From contig DASXXT010000098.1 of NCBI GenBank assembly GCA_036502965.1, forward strand, positions 1 through 59,440: DNA of 59,440 bases, read 5' to 3'. Each line of letters starts with the position of its first letter. Within the stretch, counting starts at the first letter, position 1. Shown one piece after another: positions 21,689-32,457 of this stretch. The translations under genes and the position numbers were made by a program. The stretch is from Roseiarcus sp. GTDB taxonomy: Bacteria > Pseudomonadota > Alphaproteobacteria > Rhizobiales > Beijerinckiaceae. Under the pieces are notes generated by a model. It saw only the letters and a program-made list of their open reading frames with translations. It ran no database searches and was not told where the DNA came from.

Positions 21689-22975
21689 CTACTCCGCCGC
21701 GATGCGCTCCTGCGCCGCGCGCCGCGTCCGCGGATCGCGGTGCAGCTTGCCGTCCTTCATGATCATCGCCAGTCGATCGGGGCCGACGAGCACCGACTGA
21801 TCGACGAGAGGATTGCCGTCCACGAGCAGCAGGTCGGCCAGCGCGCCGGGCTTGACGACGCCAAGCTCGCCCTTGTGACCCATCAGTTCTCCGCCGACCG
21901 AGGTCGCGCAGCGCAGCGCCTCCGCCGGCGTGTAGCCGAAGAACTTGACAAAATGGCCGATGTCGCGGGCGTTCTGGCCCATCGGCGTGATCTTGAAGCC
22001 GTAGTCGCCGCCGATGACCACCTTGATGCCCCGCTTCCTCATTTGCTCGTACGTGTGGCAAGTGGCTTCGAGCTTGCGCGGCAGGTGCATGGATTCGACG
22101 ACCTCACGGGTCATCCCGACGGCCTCGCCCTCGTAGACCGCATTGTGCACGAGACCGAAGGCCGGGCCGACGATGACGCGGTCCTTCGCCGCCTCGAGCA
22201 TGTCGAGCGCCTCTTCATCGGCGAAGTCGCAATGATAGACACAATCGACGTGATTGCGCACGGCCCGCTTTACCGAGGCCGCGGCGCGGGCGTGGCACGC
22301 GACGCGCTTGTTCCACTCGTGGGCGACCTCAACCGCGGTCGCCACCTCGGTCTCGCTCATCGACGTGATCTCGGCGCGCGCGTTGGACACGAATTCATCG
22401 CCCGAGATGTTGATCTTGACATTGTCGACCCCCTCGCGACAGCAGAGGCGAACCGCGCGCCTGACCTCGTCCGGCCCATCGGCGATCATGCCGAAGCTTT
22501 CGGCGTGTATGTGTTGCTTGCGCTCGTCGCCCAGGCCGCCGGTCACGGTGATTTCCGGTCCGGCGGCGCGATAGCGTGGTCCGGCGAGATAGCCGTCTTC
22601 GATTTCCTGGCGCACGACCACGTCAAGACGCAGCTTGGCGGACGCCGCCGAGTAGCAGGAGGTAAATCCGTGATTGAGGATGAGCGTCGCGTTGCGGCAC
22701 GTTCTCAGCAGGTGCTCTTCGGGCGGAATTTCGCCGAGATCCTGATTACGCGCCGGGCCGACGAAAGAAAGATGGCAATGCCCCTCGACCATGCCTGGCA
22801 TGAGGGTCATTCCCCCGCCGTCGATGACCTCAGCTCCGTCGCGGCGAATCTGTTCATGCCCGCGCGCGACCGCGGCGATACGGTTATTTTCAATCAGCAC
22901 GTCGGCCGAATAGCGCTCGTCGTTTTCGCCATCCCAGACCTGCGCGTTCACGATCAAAAAAGCCACGGCGCACAC
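21689..22975 (-). CDS. Metal-dependent amidohydrolase (prolidase-like subgroup)
   Basis: MPGMVEGHCH, GPEITVTGGLGD, ACHAR, GGDYG and G.LADLLLVDGNP; the exact start is uncertain. Confidence 0.88.
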   Translation of the reverse strand: MCAVAFLIVNAQVWDGENDERYSADVLIENNRIAAVARGHEQIRRDGAEVIDGGGMTLMPGMVEGHCHLSFVGPARNQDLGEIPPEEHLLRTCRNATLILNHGFTSCYSAASAKLRLDVVVRQEIEDGYLAGPRYRAAGPEITVTGGLGDERKQHIHAESFGMIADGPDEVRRAVRLCCREGVDNVKINISGDEFVSNARAEITSMSETEVATAVEVAHEWNKRVACHARAAASVKRAVRNHVDCVYHCDFADEEALDMLEAAKDRVIVGPAFGLVHNAVYEGEAVGMTREVVESMHLPRKLEATCHTYEQMRKRGIKVVIGGDYGFKITPMGQNARDIGHFVKFFGYTPAEALRCATSVGGELMGHKGELGVVKPGALADLLLVDGNPLVDQSVLVGPDRLAMIMKDGKLHRDPRTRRAAQERIAAE

Positions 22976-23154
22976 CCTCCCTTTGCGCCGGCGTTTCCAA
23001 TTGACGCCCGGTCGCGTCGAGACATTCTATCTCTCCATGATATGGCGATCGCGGGGACCAAGTCCAACGCTTTTCGGGATCGGGCGGACCTGAAGGGGAT
23101 GCAAGGATAGCTCGCGCTCGTCTCTTGCACACCTCCTGGCCGGCGACGATCCCT

Positions 23155-24390
23155 TTAGGATTCACGGGCGCTCCAAAGTTCGAGAAAGATCGCGGCGACC
23201 CGATCGGCGAAGGCGGGATCGTTGACGTTTAGGCTTATGTCCTCGCGTCGAATGCGCGGGTTCAGCGTGTCGCGAAGCTCAATGCAGAATGCGCTGTCGG
23301 CGGCCTCGTCGATGAACGGCCCATCCGGCCGCTTCTGGTAGCTGTCGAACCCGGCGAGCGGCAACACGACCGCCGTCGGCCCTCGGCTTGCGTCGAGCCG
23401 GCGGCTCATGATCCGGGCCAGTTCGACCGCTTCCGCTCGCGACGTTCTGACAGCCGAGACATAGGGATTGTGGATCACGAGGCGCCTCTCGGGCGTGTCG
23501 AATGCGGCCGGCACGCTGTTTCGGGGACCAAAGTTCAGGACTTCGATCGCGCCGGGAACGACGACCTGCGGAATTCCGCGTCTCCCTGCGGCCGTGAGAC
23601 GGGCGGGGCCCGCGCTGAAGATCCCGCCCAGCAACTCGTCGGTAAGTTCGCTCGTCGTGTAGTCTACGAGGCCGTCGATCAGCCCTTCGTCGATCATCTG
23701 CTCCATCGCGCGCCCGCCGGAGCCGACCGCGTGGAAGACGATGGTCTCGAAACCCGACGCAAGGAGACGGTCCTGAACGCGCAACACCCCAGGCGTCGTC
23801 ACCCCGAACATGGTGATGGCGACGACCGGTTTCTCCCCAACGTCCTCGACCGCGACCTTGGACATCATGCCGACGACGGCTGAGGCGGCGTTCTGGAGAA
23901 TGATTCGCGAGAACCGGTTGAGCCCGGCGATATCGGTAACCGAATGCATGAGAACGAGGTCGCGCGTCCCGAAGAACGAAGCGGCGCTGGAGACGAGCGT
24001 CGTCACCAAAAGCTTCGGCAGGCCGAGCGGCAGCTCCCGCATGACGCCGCTGATGACCGTCGAACCGCCGGACCCCGCGGCGCCGAGCACGGCGTCGCAG
24101 CGCCCCTCGGCCATCAGCCGTTGCACGATGGCGAGCGCGCCCTTGCGCATCGCGTCGAGCGCGACCGCGCGGGTGTCGCTGCCTTCGCGCGTGAACCTGA
24201 GGTTCTCGAGCTTCGCGCCGCCCGCCGCAGCCACTTCACCGGCGGAGACGTCCGGCCTGACGGCCGGATCGCCGAGGACGCCGACATCCACGAGCACGAC
24301 CTCGGCGCCAGCGGCGACAAGGCATTCCCGCATGTACTGGTATTCGCGCCCCTTCGTATCAAGGGTCCCGATCAGGACCACAACGCCCAT
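23155..24390 (-). CDS. Tm-1-like ATP-binding domain protein (UPF0261)
   Basis: [36 protein letters not shown] and VFHAVGSGGRAME. Confidence 0.9.
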   Translation of the reverse strand: MGVVVLIGTLDTKGREYQYMRECLVAAGAEVVLVDVGVLGDPAVRPDVSAGEVAAAGGAKLENLRFTREGSDTRAVALDAMRKGALAIVQRLMAEGRCDAVLGAAGSGGSTVISGVMRELPLGLPKLLVTTLVSSAASFFGTRDLVLMHSVTDIAGLNRFSRIILQNAASAVVGMMSKVAVEDVGEKPVVAITMFGVTTPGVLRVQDRLLASGFETIVFHAVGSGGRAMEQMIDEGLIDGLVDYTTSELTDELLGGIFSAGPARLTAAGRRGIPQVVVPGAIEVLNFGPRNSVPAAFDTPERRLVIHNPYVSAVRTSRAEAVELARIMSRRLDASRGPTAVVLPLAGFDSYQKRPDGPFIDEAADSAFCIELRDTLNPRIRREDISLNVNDPAFADRVAAIFLELWSARES

Positions 24391-24405
24391 GTGCGGCCAC
24401 TCACC

Positions 24406-25236
24406 TCAACGGCTGAGTTTGAGATTTCGATAGGATTCGATGACGCTCGCGAGCAGCGTCTCGACCGGCAGGCGCTCGATGCTCGACGCCGCCAGGAAGC
24501 CATTGACGTCCGTCCTGTCGTAGCAACGCTGCACTTGCTCTGGACTCTCGAACGGCCCGCCGTGCGCGACGACAATCACGTCCTTCCGGATTTCGCGCGC
24601 CGCGGCCGATAACGCGGCGGTGCGCTCGCAGGCCGCGTCGAGATCGAGCGCATGGCCGGCGCCGATCATTCCCCCCGTCGTCAGACCCACGTGCGCGCCG
24701 ACGACATCCGCGCCCGCCTCGACGACGGCGCGCACCTCTTCGGGCGTGAAAGCGTAGGCGATGGTGAAGATGTCGCGCTCCCGGCATCTCCGGATCAGCT
24801 TGATTTCCTCGGGATAGCCGAGGCCCGTGTGATCGATCTGCCACCGGAAGGTTCCATCGTAGATGCCGGCGGTAGGAACGTTGGTGATTCCGGAATACCC
24901 GAGCTCGAGATAAGTGGTCATAAGCGCGTCGATATTGCGGTAGGGATCGGCAGCGCCGATGCCGCCGATAATCGGGGTGTTCGGCGCGACCGGCACGACC
25001 TTGCGCGCGAGGTCGATGGTGATCTGGTTGGCGTCGCCATAAGCGAGGTAGCCGGCCAGCGACCCGTGTCCGTCCATCCGGAAGGGGCCGGTGTTGTAGG
25101 CCATGATGATGTCGATCCCGCCGCGATCCATGGTTTTGGCGACGAGGCCGATGCCCGCGCCGCCCATGATCAGGGGCTTGCGGGCCGATATTTTCCCGCG
25201 GAGCCGCTCCAGGATCTGTGACCGCGAGAACGCCAT
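24406..25236 (-). CDS. PEP-hydrolase-like TIM-barrel protein (TIM-br_sig_trns), copy 2
   Basis: GGAGIGL, YNTGPFRMDGHGSLAG, HVGLTTGG, HGGP and ASSIERLP. Confidence 0.88.
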   Translation of the reverse strand: MAFSRSQILERLRGKISARKPLIMGGAGIGLVAKTMDRGGIDIIMAYNTGPFRMDGHGSLAGYLAYGDANQITIDLARKVVPVAPNTPIIGGIGAADPYRNIDALMTTYLELGYSGITNVPTAGIYDGTFRWQIDHTGLGYPEEIKLIRRCRERDIFTIAYAFTPEEVRAVVEAGADVVGAHVGLTTGGMIGAGHALDLDAACERTAALSAAAREIRKDVIVVAHGGPFESPEQVQRCYDRTDVNGFLAASSIERLPVETLLASVIESYRNLKLSR

Positions 25237-25269
25237 GTCCTCCTCCCTGTTGAATTTCGTCCTGCGACC

Positions 25270-25854
25270 TTATGGGATTAGCGCGCGCCCCCGCCGGAGT
25301 TCGAGAACCTCCGGGCCACCGTACCGTGTGATGACGATTTCGTCCGTCTCGATTCCGGTCGCAGCCGGACGCGGGTTGGGCGCGGACGGGATCGCGAGGG
25401 CGGCCGCGCGCGGTGCATCGCCGAACTGCGTTCGCAGCGAGGCGAGACCCGCATCAACGATGTCGTCCCGAACGAAGCGCGCGAGACGCTCGCGGTCGGA
25501 CTCGGGCGGCTCGAAGCTCGATCGCCATTCGACGAAACAGGCGCCGACGTCCGTCACCGGCCGTAGGCGGAGCGTCGCGACATAGTTTCTGAGCGGCTCG
25601 GGCGCCTCGAGGATGCAGTAGCTGAAGGACATCCGCCGATCGGAAAGCGTGAGAAGCTGCTCGCGGATCCGCGCGCCGCCATTCAGGCGAAAGTCCCTCA
25701 CCGCGCCGACCTGGTCCGCCGGGCCGCCGTCTTCGATGGCGCTTGAGGCCACCGCAGGATGCCAGCCGGAATGACCGTTGAAATCGCGGAGCGTCGCCCA
25801 AACCCGGGCAGCCGGCGCCGGGATCACCGTGGTGCGGCGGATGTCGACTCTCAA
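25270..25854 (-). CDS. SRPBCC (polyketide cyclase/MxaD-like) protein with a truncated C-terminal MDR stub
   Basis: VWATLRDFNGHSGWHP, VGAVRDF and IREQLL; ends with IVITRYGGPEVLELR, the first strand of a quinone reductase/MDR domain. Confidence 0.8.
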   Translation of the reverse strand: MRVDIRRTTVIPAPAARVWATLRDFNGHSGWHPAVASSAIEDGGPADQVGAVRDFRLNGGARIREQLLTLSDRRMSFSYCILEAPEPLRNYVATLRLRPVTDVGACFVEWRSSFEPPESDRERLARFVRDDIVDAGLASLRTQFGDAPRAAALAIPSAPNPRPAATGIETDEIVITRYGGPEVLELRRGRALIP

Positions 25855-26285
25855 CGGGAGAACCGCGTCTTCAGCGCCGAAAGGCCAGCCGCAAAGACGT
25901 TCGTTCCGATGTGCCGCACGAGTTCCTCCTCGCGCCCGGGCGCGTCAAACTCGGCCGTCCATTCGGCGAATGTATGGCCGCTGTCGGTCACCGGAATAAG
26001 CCGGAAGGCCGCAACGTAATTCTCGACGCCCATCGGGCTCTCGAGAATCGCGTATTCGAACGACATTTCGTAGTCGGACAGCGCCAGCAATTGCTCGCGG
26101 ATGCGGCCGCCGTCCTTCAAACGGAAACTGCGCACGCAGCCAACCTGGTCAGGTGGCCGGTTCTGTTCGATGCGGCTCTCCGCAACGAACGGCGTCCAGG
26201 CCGGAAGCGCGTTGAAATCGCGCACCAGCGCCCAGACAGCGTTGGGCGCGGCTGGGATCACGGCGGAGGCGTAGGTCTTGGCCAT
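25851..26285 (-). CDS. SRPBCC (MxaD-like) protein
   Basis: Start MAKTYASAVI; VWALVRDFNALPAW and DQVGCVRSF; paralogous to the downstream gene. Confidence 0.85.
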   Translation of the reverse strand: MAKTYASAVIPAAPNAVWALVRDFNALPAWTPFVAESRIEQNRPPDQVGCVRSFRLKDGGRIREQLLALSDYEMSFEYAILESPMGVENYVAAFRLIPVTDSGHTFAEWTAEFDAPGREEELVRHIGTNVFAAGLSALKTRFSR

Positions 26286-26379
26286 GATCAGCGAAGGTCG
26301 CAGCGCGCGCGCCGCATCTCCGCGGCGCGAAAGGGCGCGCGCCAGATACTGTCTGCTCGCCCCAGGATGAGGCCCCGCA

Positions 26380-28581
26380 TCAGCGTCGGTCGTCGTCGAT
26401 GTCGTCGGAGACCCGCGCGGGCGCCTTCTCGCCGCCACTTCGCTTCTGCGTCAGGTTCTGGATGTCCTTCGCGTCCCGCAATACGTCGGTCATGCGGCCG
26501 AGGCCGCCGCCCTCGATGCCGATCTCCTTCATGAGGCTGTCGATCATCGGCGCCTGCACGCGATAGCGAAGCGCGGAGTCGATAACCTCGTCCGTGACAT
26601 TCCGCTGCCCATTGCCATTCCCGCTTCCGGTCGCACCCTCGACATGCAGAATCTTGATCGCCTCGATCTTCTCCATTGGCCTGACGCTTTCCCGCACGAT
26701 GCCCTCGATACGTTCGAGAAGCTTGCCGCGGAAGCGCGAGAGCCGCGAGGCGTCGGAAAGCAGGTTCTCCGCCTCGTTGAGTTGGGTCGCGCCCCTGGCG
26801 TCGACGTCGTAGCGAGCCGACGCTGCCTCGGCCCTGATCCGTTCGGCGTCGGCTTCGCCGGTGGCGGTGATCCGCGCGGCCTCCGCCAAGCTCTCGGCTG
26901 CCGACTTTTCCGCTTCAGCCTTACGCAATAGACGCACGGCCTCGCGCTCCGCTTCGCGTGTGGCGGCTATGACCTCCGTTACCTTGCGCCGCTCGGCGAT
27001 TTCGCGCTCGCGCACCGTGATCGACCGCTCCTCGGCCGTGATCGCCCGCGCCCGCATGCTCTCGGCTTCGGCAATCGCGCCGGATCGCTCAGCGGAAGCC
27101 TTGGCGACTTCGACGGCGCGCCGGATCTCCGCGACCTCGACAGCCTGATCTCGCTCGACCTCGAGACGGCGCAACTGGCCGTCGCGGGCGATGCGGGCCT
27201 CGCCAAGACCACGCTCGGTCGCGATTCGCGCCCGCTCGACCTCCTCGCCTGATGTGATCTCGGCCTCCTCGAAGGCCTGGCGCTTGGCGATGCTGAGCGA
27301 GTCCAGCGCGCGCTCGCGTTCAAGGCGGGCCTGATCGAGGGCGCGCTCCTGCGCGATGCGGGCAGCATCGATCTCGCGAGTGGATTCGATCTCGGCGCGC
27401 CTGCGCTCAGCTTCCGCCTGCGAAAGCTCCGCGGATTTCACGGCGACGGCGATCTGCCGGCTGATCTCAGCCACCTCGATCGCGCCGCGGCGCTGCACTT
27501 CGAGCTCGCTCTGCTGCCGCTGCCGCTCAATGCGTGCGCTTTCGAGCGCGAGCTCGAGCCTGATCTGCTCCGATTCCGTCAGTTCCCGTGAGCGGATCTC
27601 CGCTTCGTCGATCTGGCGGCGGCGGACGATCTCGCGCTGCTCGATCTCCTCCTGATGCTGGATCCGGGTCTCCGAAAGGTTGCGCTCCTGTGCAAGTCGC
27701 GCCTTCTCGACCTCTTCTCGGGCGGCGATCTCCGCCTGCTCACTCTCACGGGCACGCTCGGCCCGGTCTTTGGTCAGGACCAAGCGCTGGGCGGTTCGCC
27801 GCAGCTCGACGTCGTGCTCCTGTTCGAGCCGGGCGTATTCCCCCTCGCGCTCGATGTCGAGCGCGCGGCGCTGCGCTTCGAGATTCTGCATGCGGATTTC
27901 GATCTGTGTGCGTTGCTCGATCTCGTTGCGCATGCGTCTGCGCGCTTCGATCGTTTCTGTGAGCTGCGTCAGCCCTTCGGCGTCGAAGGCATTGGAGCTG
28001 TCGAAGAACTCGAGCGGCGTCTGGTCGAGATCGACGATGGCGACGCTTTCAAGCTCGAGTCCGTTCTGCGCCAGACCTTCCACCGCCGCGGCCTTGACGG
28101 CCTCGGCATATTCCCGCCGGCGTTCGTGAAGCTCCTCGAGAGTCATTAGGGCGGCAGCGCTCCGGAGCGCGGCGGCGAAGCGGCCTTCGAGCAGATCGCG
28201 GACGCCGTCGGGCTCCAGCGTCCGGCGGCCCAGCGTTTGAGCGGCGCGGCTTACTTCCTCCCGGGTCGAGCCGACGCGAACATAAAAGTCCGCGACGACA
28301 TCCACTCGCATGCGGTTCTTCGTGATCAGTCCCTGCGCCTGCCGCCGCGCGACCTCGATCCGCATTACGTTCATACCGACCGGTGTGATGTCGTGCACGA
28401 CCGGCACGACAAAGGCGCCGCCGCTGATGATCACCTTCTCACCGCCGAATCCGGTGCGGACGAAGGCTGTTTCCTTGGTCGAGCGTCGGTAGAGCCAGCG
28501 CAGCAGGTAGATGGCGATCACCACGACGATCGCCAGAACGATCAGCCAAAGGATCACCGAACCGACTGTTTCGGCGCTCAT
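26380..28581 (-). CDS. Flotillin/SPFH (band 7) family protein
   Basis: N-terminal TM helix, [28 protein letters not shown], a long E/R/A coiled coil, and C-terminal [10 protein letters not shown] and ALRYRVQAP. Confidence 0.9.
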   Translation of the reverse strand: MSAETVGSVILWLIVLAIVVVIAIYLLRWLYRRSTKETAFVRTGFGGEKVIISGGAFVVPVVHDITPVGMNVMRIEVARRQAQGLITKNRMRVDVVADFYVRVGSTREEVSRAAQTLGRRTLEPDGVRDLLEGRFAAALRSAAALMTLEELHERRREYAEAVKAAAVEGLAQNGLELESVAIVDLDQTPLEFFDSSNAFDAEGLTQLTETIEARRRMRNEIEQRTQIEIRMQNLEAQRRALDIEREGEYARLEQEHDVELRRTAQRLVLTKDRAERARESEQAEIAAREEVEKARLAQERNLSETRIQHQEEIEQREIVRRRQIDEAEIRSRELTESEQIRLELALESARIERQRQQSELEVQRRGAIEVAEISRQIAVAVKSAELSQAEAERRRAEIESTREIDAARIAQERALDQARLERERALDSLSIAKRQAFEEAEITSGEEVERARIATERGLGEARIARDGQLRRLEVERDQAVEVAEIRRAVEVAKASAERSGAIAEAESMRARAITAEERSITVREREIAERRKVTEVIAATREAEREAVRLLRKAEAEKSAAESLAEAARITATGEADAERIRAEAASARYDVDARGATQLNEAENLLSDASRLSRFRGKLLERIEGIVRESVRPMEKIEAIKILHVEGATGSGNGNGQRNVTDEVIDSALRYRVQAPMIDSLMKEIGIEGGGLGRMTDVLRDAKDIQNLTQKRSGGEKAPARVSDDIDDDRR

Positions 28582-29438
28582 TGCAACGTCTCCCTGTCGC
28601 TCGCTGTGTCGAAGGCGATCGCCTTGAATCGGCGGGTCTGATCGGTCATGGCGCGCTCAGTCGGCAGCCGCTCCATCGAGGATGCGCCATAGAAGCCGTG
28701 ACAGCGCTTGGTCGAACGCAGGATGAACTCAGCGTCTTGCGGCTCGGCGACCGGCCCGCCGTGGACAAGGATGATCACCTCCGGATTGACGTCGAGCGCG
28801 GCTCCGGCCCAATCGTCGACCAGTTTCGGGCACTCTTCAAGCTTGCGCCCGGTCTCCGCGCCGATCGTCCCGCCGGTCGTGAGGCCGAGGTGGCAGACGA
28901 TTACGTCCGCGCCGGCTTTCGCCATCGCATGCGCCTCGGCGGCCGAAAAGACATAAGGCGTCGTCAGCATGTCCTTGGTGCGGGCGAGTGCAATCATCTC
29001 GACCTCGAGCGCGTAAGCCATGCCCGTCTCCTCGAGGTTCGCGCGCATGATCCCGTCGATAAGGCCGACAGTTGGGAAATTCTGCACGCCGGAGAAGCCG
29101 AGACGCTTGAGGTCGTCGAGGAAGGGGTCGAACAGGCAGAAGGGGTCGGTGCCGTTCACTCCCGCCAGCACCGGCGTCCGCCTGACGACGGGCAGCACTT
29201 CCTGGGCCATCTCGCGAACGATCTCGTTGGCGTTGCCGTAGGCCAGGAGCCCCGCGAGTGAGCCTCGACCCGCCATGCGGTAGCGGCCGGAATTGTAAAT
29301 GACGATGAGGTCGATGCCGCCGGCTTCCTCGCATTTGGCCGAGAGGCCCGTCCCGGCGCCGCCGCCAATGATGGGCCTTCGGGCCTTTTTCATTGCCTGT
29401 AGCTTCGTCAGGACGGCATGGCGCTCGATCCCGGGCAT
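28578..29438 (-). CDS. PEP-hydrolase-like TIM-barrel protein (TIM-br_sig_trns), copy 1
   Basis: True start MPGIER; [36 protein letters not shown] and GASSMERLP. Confidence 0.9.
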   Translation of the reverse strand: MPGIERHAVLTKLQAMKKARRPIIGGGAGTGLSAKCEEAGGIDLIVIYNSGRYRMAGRGSLAGLLAYGNANEIVREMAQEVLPVVRRTPVLAGVNGTDPFCLFDPFLDDLKRLGFSGVQNFPTVGLIDGIMRANLEETGMAYALEVEMIALARTKDMLTTPYVFSAAEAHAMAKAGADVIVCHLGLTTGGTIGAETGRKLEECPKLVDDWAGAALDVNPEVIILVHGGPVAEPQDAEFILRSTKRCHGFYGASSMERLPTERAMTDQTRRFKAIAFDTASDRETLQ

Positions 29439-31651
29439 CAGGCCCTCCTCTCGCGGCGGGGGGCGACGGACGCGAATGCCCCGGTCGTGGCCGCGATGAA
29501 GGCGTCGTCGTTGATGCTGGCCTTGACGCGCTCGATGCGCCGCCGCGCGGTCTGGCGGATTGTCTGTTCCAGCGCCCGGAATAGGGCGGCGTCGGCTTCC
29601 GGGTCGTGAAAGGGCGCGCCAGGCGCGTCGAGGGCCGAAACGCCGCCCTCGGGCAGAAGGAGGCGTACGGGGCCCTCCATCTGGTTGATGCGCGCGCCCA
29701 TCCACTCGCCGATCGCCCTGTTCTCCTGCGGAGTCGTTCGCATCAGCGTGACGTTGGGATTGTGAATGACGAATCGGCGCGCGCTAAACCTTTCCGGCAC
29801 CGTGTCGCGGGAGCCGAAATTGACCATGTCCATCGCGCCGACCGAGCCGACCCACGGCAGGCCGGTGCGGATCGCGGCGCCGAAACGGTCCTGGTCGGCA
29901 GGAAAGACGCCTCCAACCAGCATATCCGCGATCTCGGTCGTCGTCAGGTCGATGAAGCCCGCGAGCATGCCGGAATCCGCGAGGCTCTCCATTGAACGTC
30001 CGCCGGTGCCAGTGGCGTGAAACACAAGGCAGTCAAAATCAGCCTCAAGGCGCCGCACGATCCCTTGCACCGCGGGCGTCGTCACGCCGAACATCGTGAT
30101 CCCTACCGCGGGCCGCGCGAGACGACGTCGCGCGTCGCGCGCTTCAGGGGATAGGCTCGCCGCGATCATGCCGGCGAGCGCATGTGCGGCGTTGCCGAGC
30201 ACCTGCTCGGTGATCAGGTTCACGCCCTGCACATCGGCCACCGAATACATCATCATGATATCGGAAGCCCCGACATAGGGTCCCACCTGTCCCGAGGCTA
30301 CGGTCGAGACCATCACCTTCGGGATCCCGAGCGGAAGTTTCCGCATTCCGGCCGTCGCAAGCGACGTGCCGCCCGACCCGCCGGCGGAGATCACGCCGCC
30401 GATTCCGCGCTCGCGGTCGATCCAGCGTGCGAAGGCTTCGGCCATGGCCGCGACAGAGGCGCCGCGGTCGCCGCTGAATACCGCCGCTGAGCCGTTCGGA
30501 TGCATGGCCGCGACTTGGCTGGGTGTCACGTCCGCGCGCGAAGGCTTGCCCGAGGTCGAGAGGTCGACGGTGCGTGTCGGAACGACATAGGCGCGGAGCC
30601 GGTCGCGGATATAGCGCAGTTCCGCGCCCTTGGTGTCGAAGGTGCCGACGATGAGCGCCGTCCGTCCGATGCGCTCGGCGAATGGGATCGGCAGCAGCGG
30701 GCGGGAAGTGTCCGGCGCGGCCGCCTCGTGGGCTTCGCGCGGGCGCGCCGGAGCGGCTGGACGCAGGCCCCAGCGGTTCGGAAGGTGATCAGCGCGATAG
30801 ACGGGGGCCACGCCAACGTCCGCGGCTTCGTCGAACCGGGCCACACGGAAGACCTGAGTCTCCGTGGCCGCCGGTGCCGTGGGCGCGGCCGCCGGAACAG
30901 CGTCGGTTTCGTCATGGCCATGCCGGCCGACGCCGAGGAGCCGTTGCTGCAAGTCGCGATCGGACGCGAGCGCGCTCGCGTCCATTATGCGATTTACACG
31001 GCCGTTGACCATGATCGCGACATGATCCGATACCGCGGTCGCGACGCCGATATTCTGTTCGACGACGAGGATGGAGATTTCCTCCTCGCGCGCCAAGCGT
31101 ATGAGGAGGTCGCGCACTTGGCCGACGATCATCGGCGCGAGCCCTTCGGTCGGCTCGTCCATGACGAGTAGCCGGGGATTGCCGAGAAGCGCGCGCGAAA
31201 TCGCGAGCATCTGCTGCTCGCCGCCGGAAAGCTGGCCGCCGCCGTTGCTACGCCGCTCGGCGAGACGCGGGAAGGTCGAATAGACGCGCTCGACGGTCCA
31301 GGCGCCCTTGGGGCGTGCGCTCACCCCAAGAGTCTCGTCAACCGACAGGCTCGGCCATAGGCGGCGCCCTTGCGGAACGTAGCCGATGCCGGCGCGGGCG
31401 ATCTGATGCGGTTCGAGGCCGATCAGGTCGCGGCCCTCGAAGCGAATCGACCCGGACCGGATCGGCAGTAGCCCGACGATCGAATTGCAAAGCGTTGTCT
31501 TGCCCATGCCGTTGCGGCCGACCACGGAAAGGACACCCCGCCCGAGGGTGAGTGACACGCCCTGCAGCGCATGCGACTCGCCGTAATAGACCTGCAAGTC
31601 ATGAACCTGCAGCACCGCCTTCGGTTGAGCGGCTGCGCGGGTCCTATCCAT
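29438..31651 (-). CDS. Fusion of a LivF-type ABC ATPase and a Tm-1-like (UPF0261) domain
   Basis: N-terminal [16 protein letters not shown] and MDEPTEG; Pro/Ala linker; C-terminal [23 protein letters not shown] and VFHATGTGG. Confidence 0.9.
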   Translation of the reverse strand: MDRTRAAAQPKAVLQVHDLQVYYGESHALQGVSLTLGRGVLSVVGRNGMGKTTLCNSIVGLLPIRSGSIRFEGRDLIGLEPHQIARAGIGYVPQGRRLWPSLSVDETLGVSARPKGAWTVERVYSTFPRLAERRSNGGGQLSGGEQQMLAISRALLGNPRLLVMDEPTEGLAPMIVGQVRDLLIRLAREEEISILVVEQNIGVATAVSDHVAIMVNGRVNRIMDASALASDRDLQQRLLGVGRHGHDETDAVPAAAPTAPAATETQVFRVARFDEAADVGVAPVYRADHLPNRWGLRPAAPARPREAHEAAAPDTSRPLLPIPFAERIGRTALIVGTFDTKGAELRYIRDRLRAYVVPTRTVDLSTSGKPSRADVTPSQVAAMHPNGSAAVFSGDRGASVAAMAEAFARWIDRERGIGGVISAGGSGGTSLATAGMRKLPLGIPKVMVSTVASGQVGPYVGASDIMMMYSVADVQGVNLITEQVLGNAAHALAGMIAASLSPEARDARRRLARPAVGITMFGVTTPAVQGIVRRLEADFDCLVFHATGTGGRSMESLADSGMLAGFIDLTTTEIADMLVGGVFPADQDRFGAAIRTGLPWVGSVGAMDMVNFGSRDTVPERFSARRFVIHNPNVTLMRTTPQENRAIGEWMGARINQMEGPVRLLLPEGGVSALDAPGAPFHDPEADAALFRALEQTIRQTARRRIERVKASINDDAFIAATTGAFASVAPRRERRA

Positions 31652-32429
31652 GCCCCGCCCCGAGATAGATCTCCTGCACCTCCTCGTCGTCCTCGATCTC
31701 GTTCGGCGCGCCTTCTTTGAAGATGCGGCCGTTGTGCATCATCGTGACGTAGGACGAAACTCTCAGCGCCACATCGAGGTCGTGCTCGATGATGATGTAG
31801 CCAATATGCGAGGGGAGCGCATTGAGGATCGAAACGAGATCGCGCCGCTCGGTCGGCGAGAGACCGGCCGCGGGCTCATCGAACAGGACAAACCGCGGCG
31901 CGCCAGTCAGCGAGAGCGCGATTTCGAGCTGGCGCTGCTGGCCGTGGCCTAGCGTTGCGACCGGCGTTTCGAGGATATCCTCGAGATGCACCGAGCGGGC
32001 GATGGAATGCGCGTGCGCCATCGTCGCGTCTCGCGGGCCAGGACGCATGAGCGACAGGCGCCGGCGCGAGACGCCGCTACAGGCGACAAAGATGCTGTCG
32101 ATGACCGTCAGACCCGCGAACAGCTGGCTGATCTGGTAGGTCCGGCGCAAGCCGCGCCGGATCCGCTCGTAAACGGGAAAGTCCGTCACGTCCTCGCCGA
32201 AGAAGCGGATGCGCCCAGTCGTTGGCGGAAAGTCGCCGGTGACCGCGTTGAACAGAGTGGTCTTTCCGGCGCCATTCGACCCGAGGATCGCCCGCCGCTC
32301 GCCGGCTTGAACCCGAAGGTTGACGTCGGCGAGGGCGACTAGGGCGCCGAATTGCCGGCCGACGCCCTCAAGCTCCAGCGCCGACGCGCTGTTGGACGAG
32401 AGACGTTCGACGACACTGCGGTCGACCAT
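31644..32429 (-). CDS. LivG-type ABC ATPase
   Basis: GSNGAGKT, LGHGQQRQLEI, FDEPAAG and IIEHD. Confidence 0.9.
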   Translation of the reverse strand: MVDRSVVERLSSNSASALELEGVGRQFGALVALADVNLRVQAGERRAILGSNGAGKTTLFNAVTGDFPPTTGRIRFFGEDVTDFPVYERIRRGLRRTYQISQLFAGLTVIDSIFVACSGVSRRRLSLMRPGPRDATMAHAHSIARSVHLEDILETPVATLGHGQQRQLEIALSLTGAPRFVLFDEPAAGLSPTERRDLVSILNALPSHIGYIIIEHDLDVALRVSSYVTMMHNGRIFKEGAPNEIEDDEEVQEIYLGAGHG

Positions 32430-32457
32430 GGCGGGCGTCTCTTCAACCTCAATCAGC

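Noticed and set aside
21497-23110. 537-aa plus-strand ORF, and similar long antisense ORFs such as 14478-15524, 17023-18168, 41115-42251 and 56783-58240
   Set aside because: These are shadow frames of well-supported genes, expected in high-GC DNA, and show no family motifs.
26800-27950. Repeat array or CRISPR-like periodicity in the flotillin gene
   Set aside because: It reflects E/R/A coiled-coil coding; no repeat-spacer array or cas gene was seen anywhere in the window.
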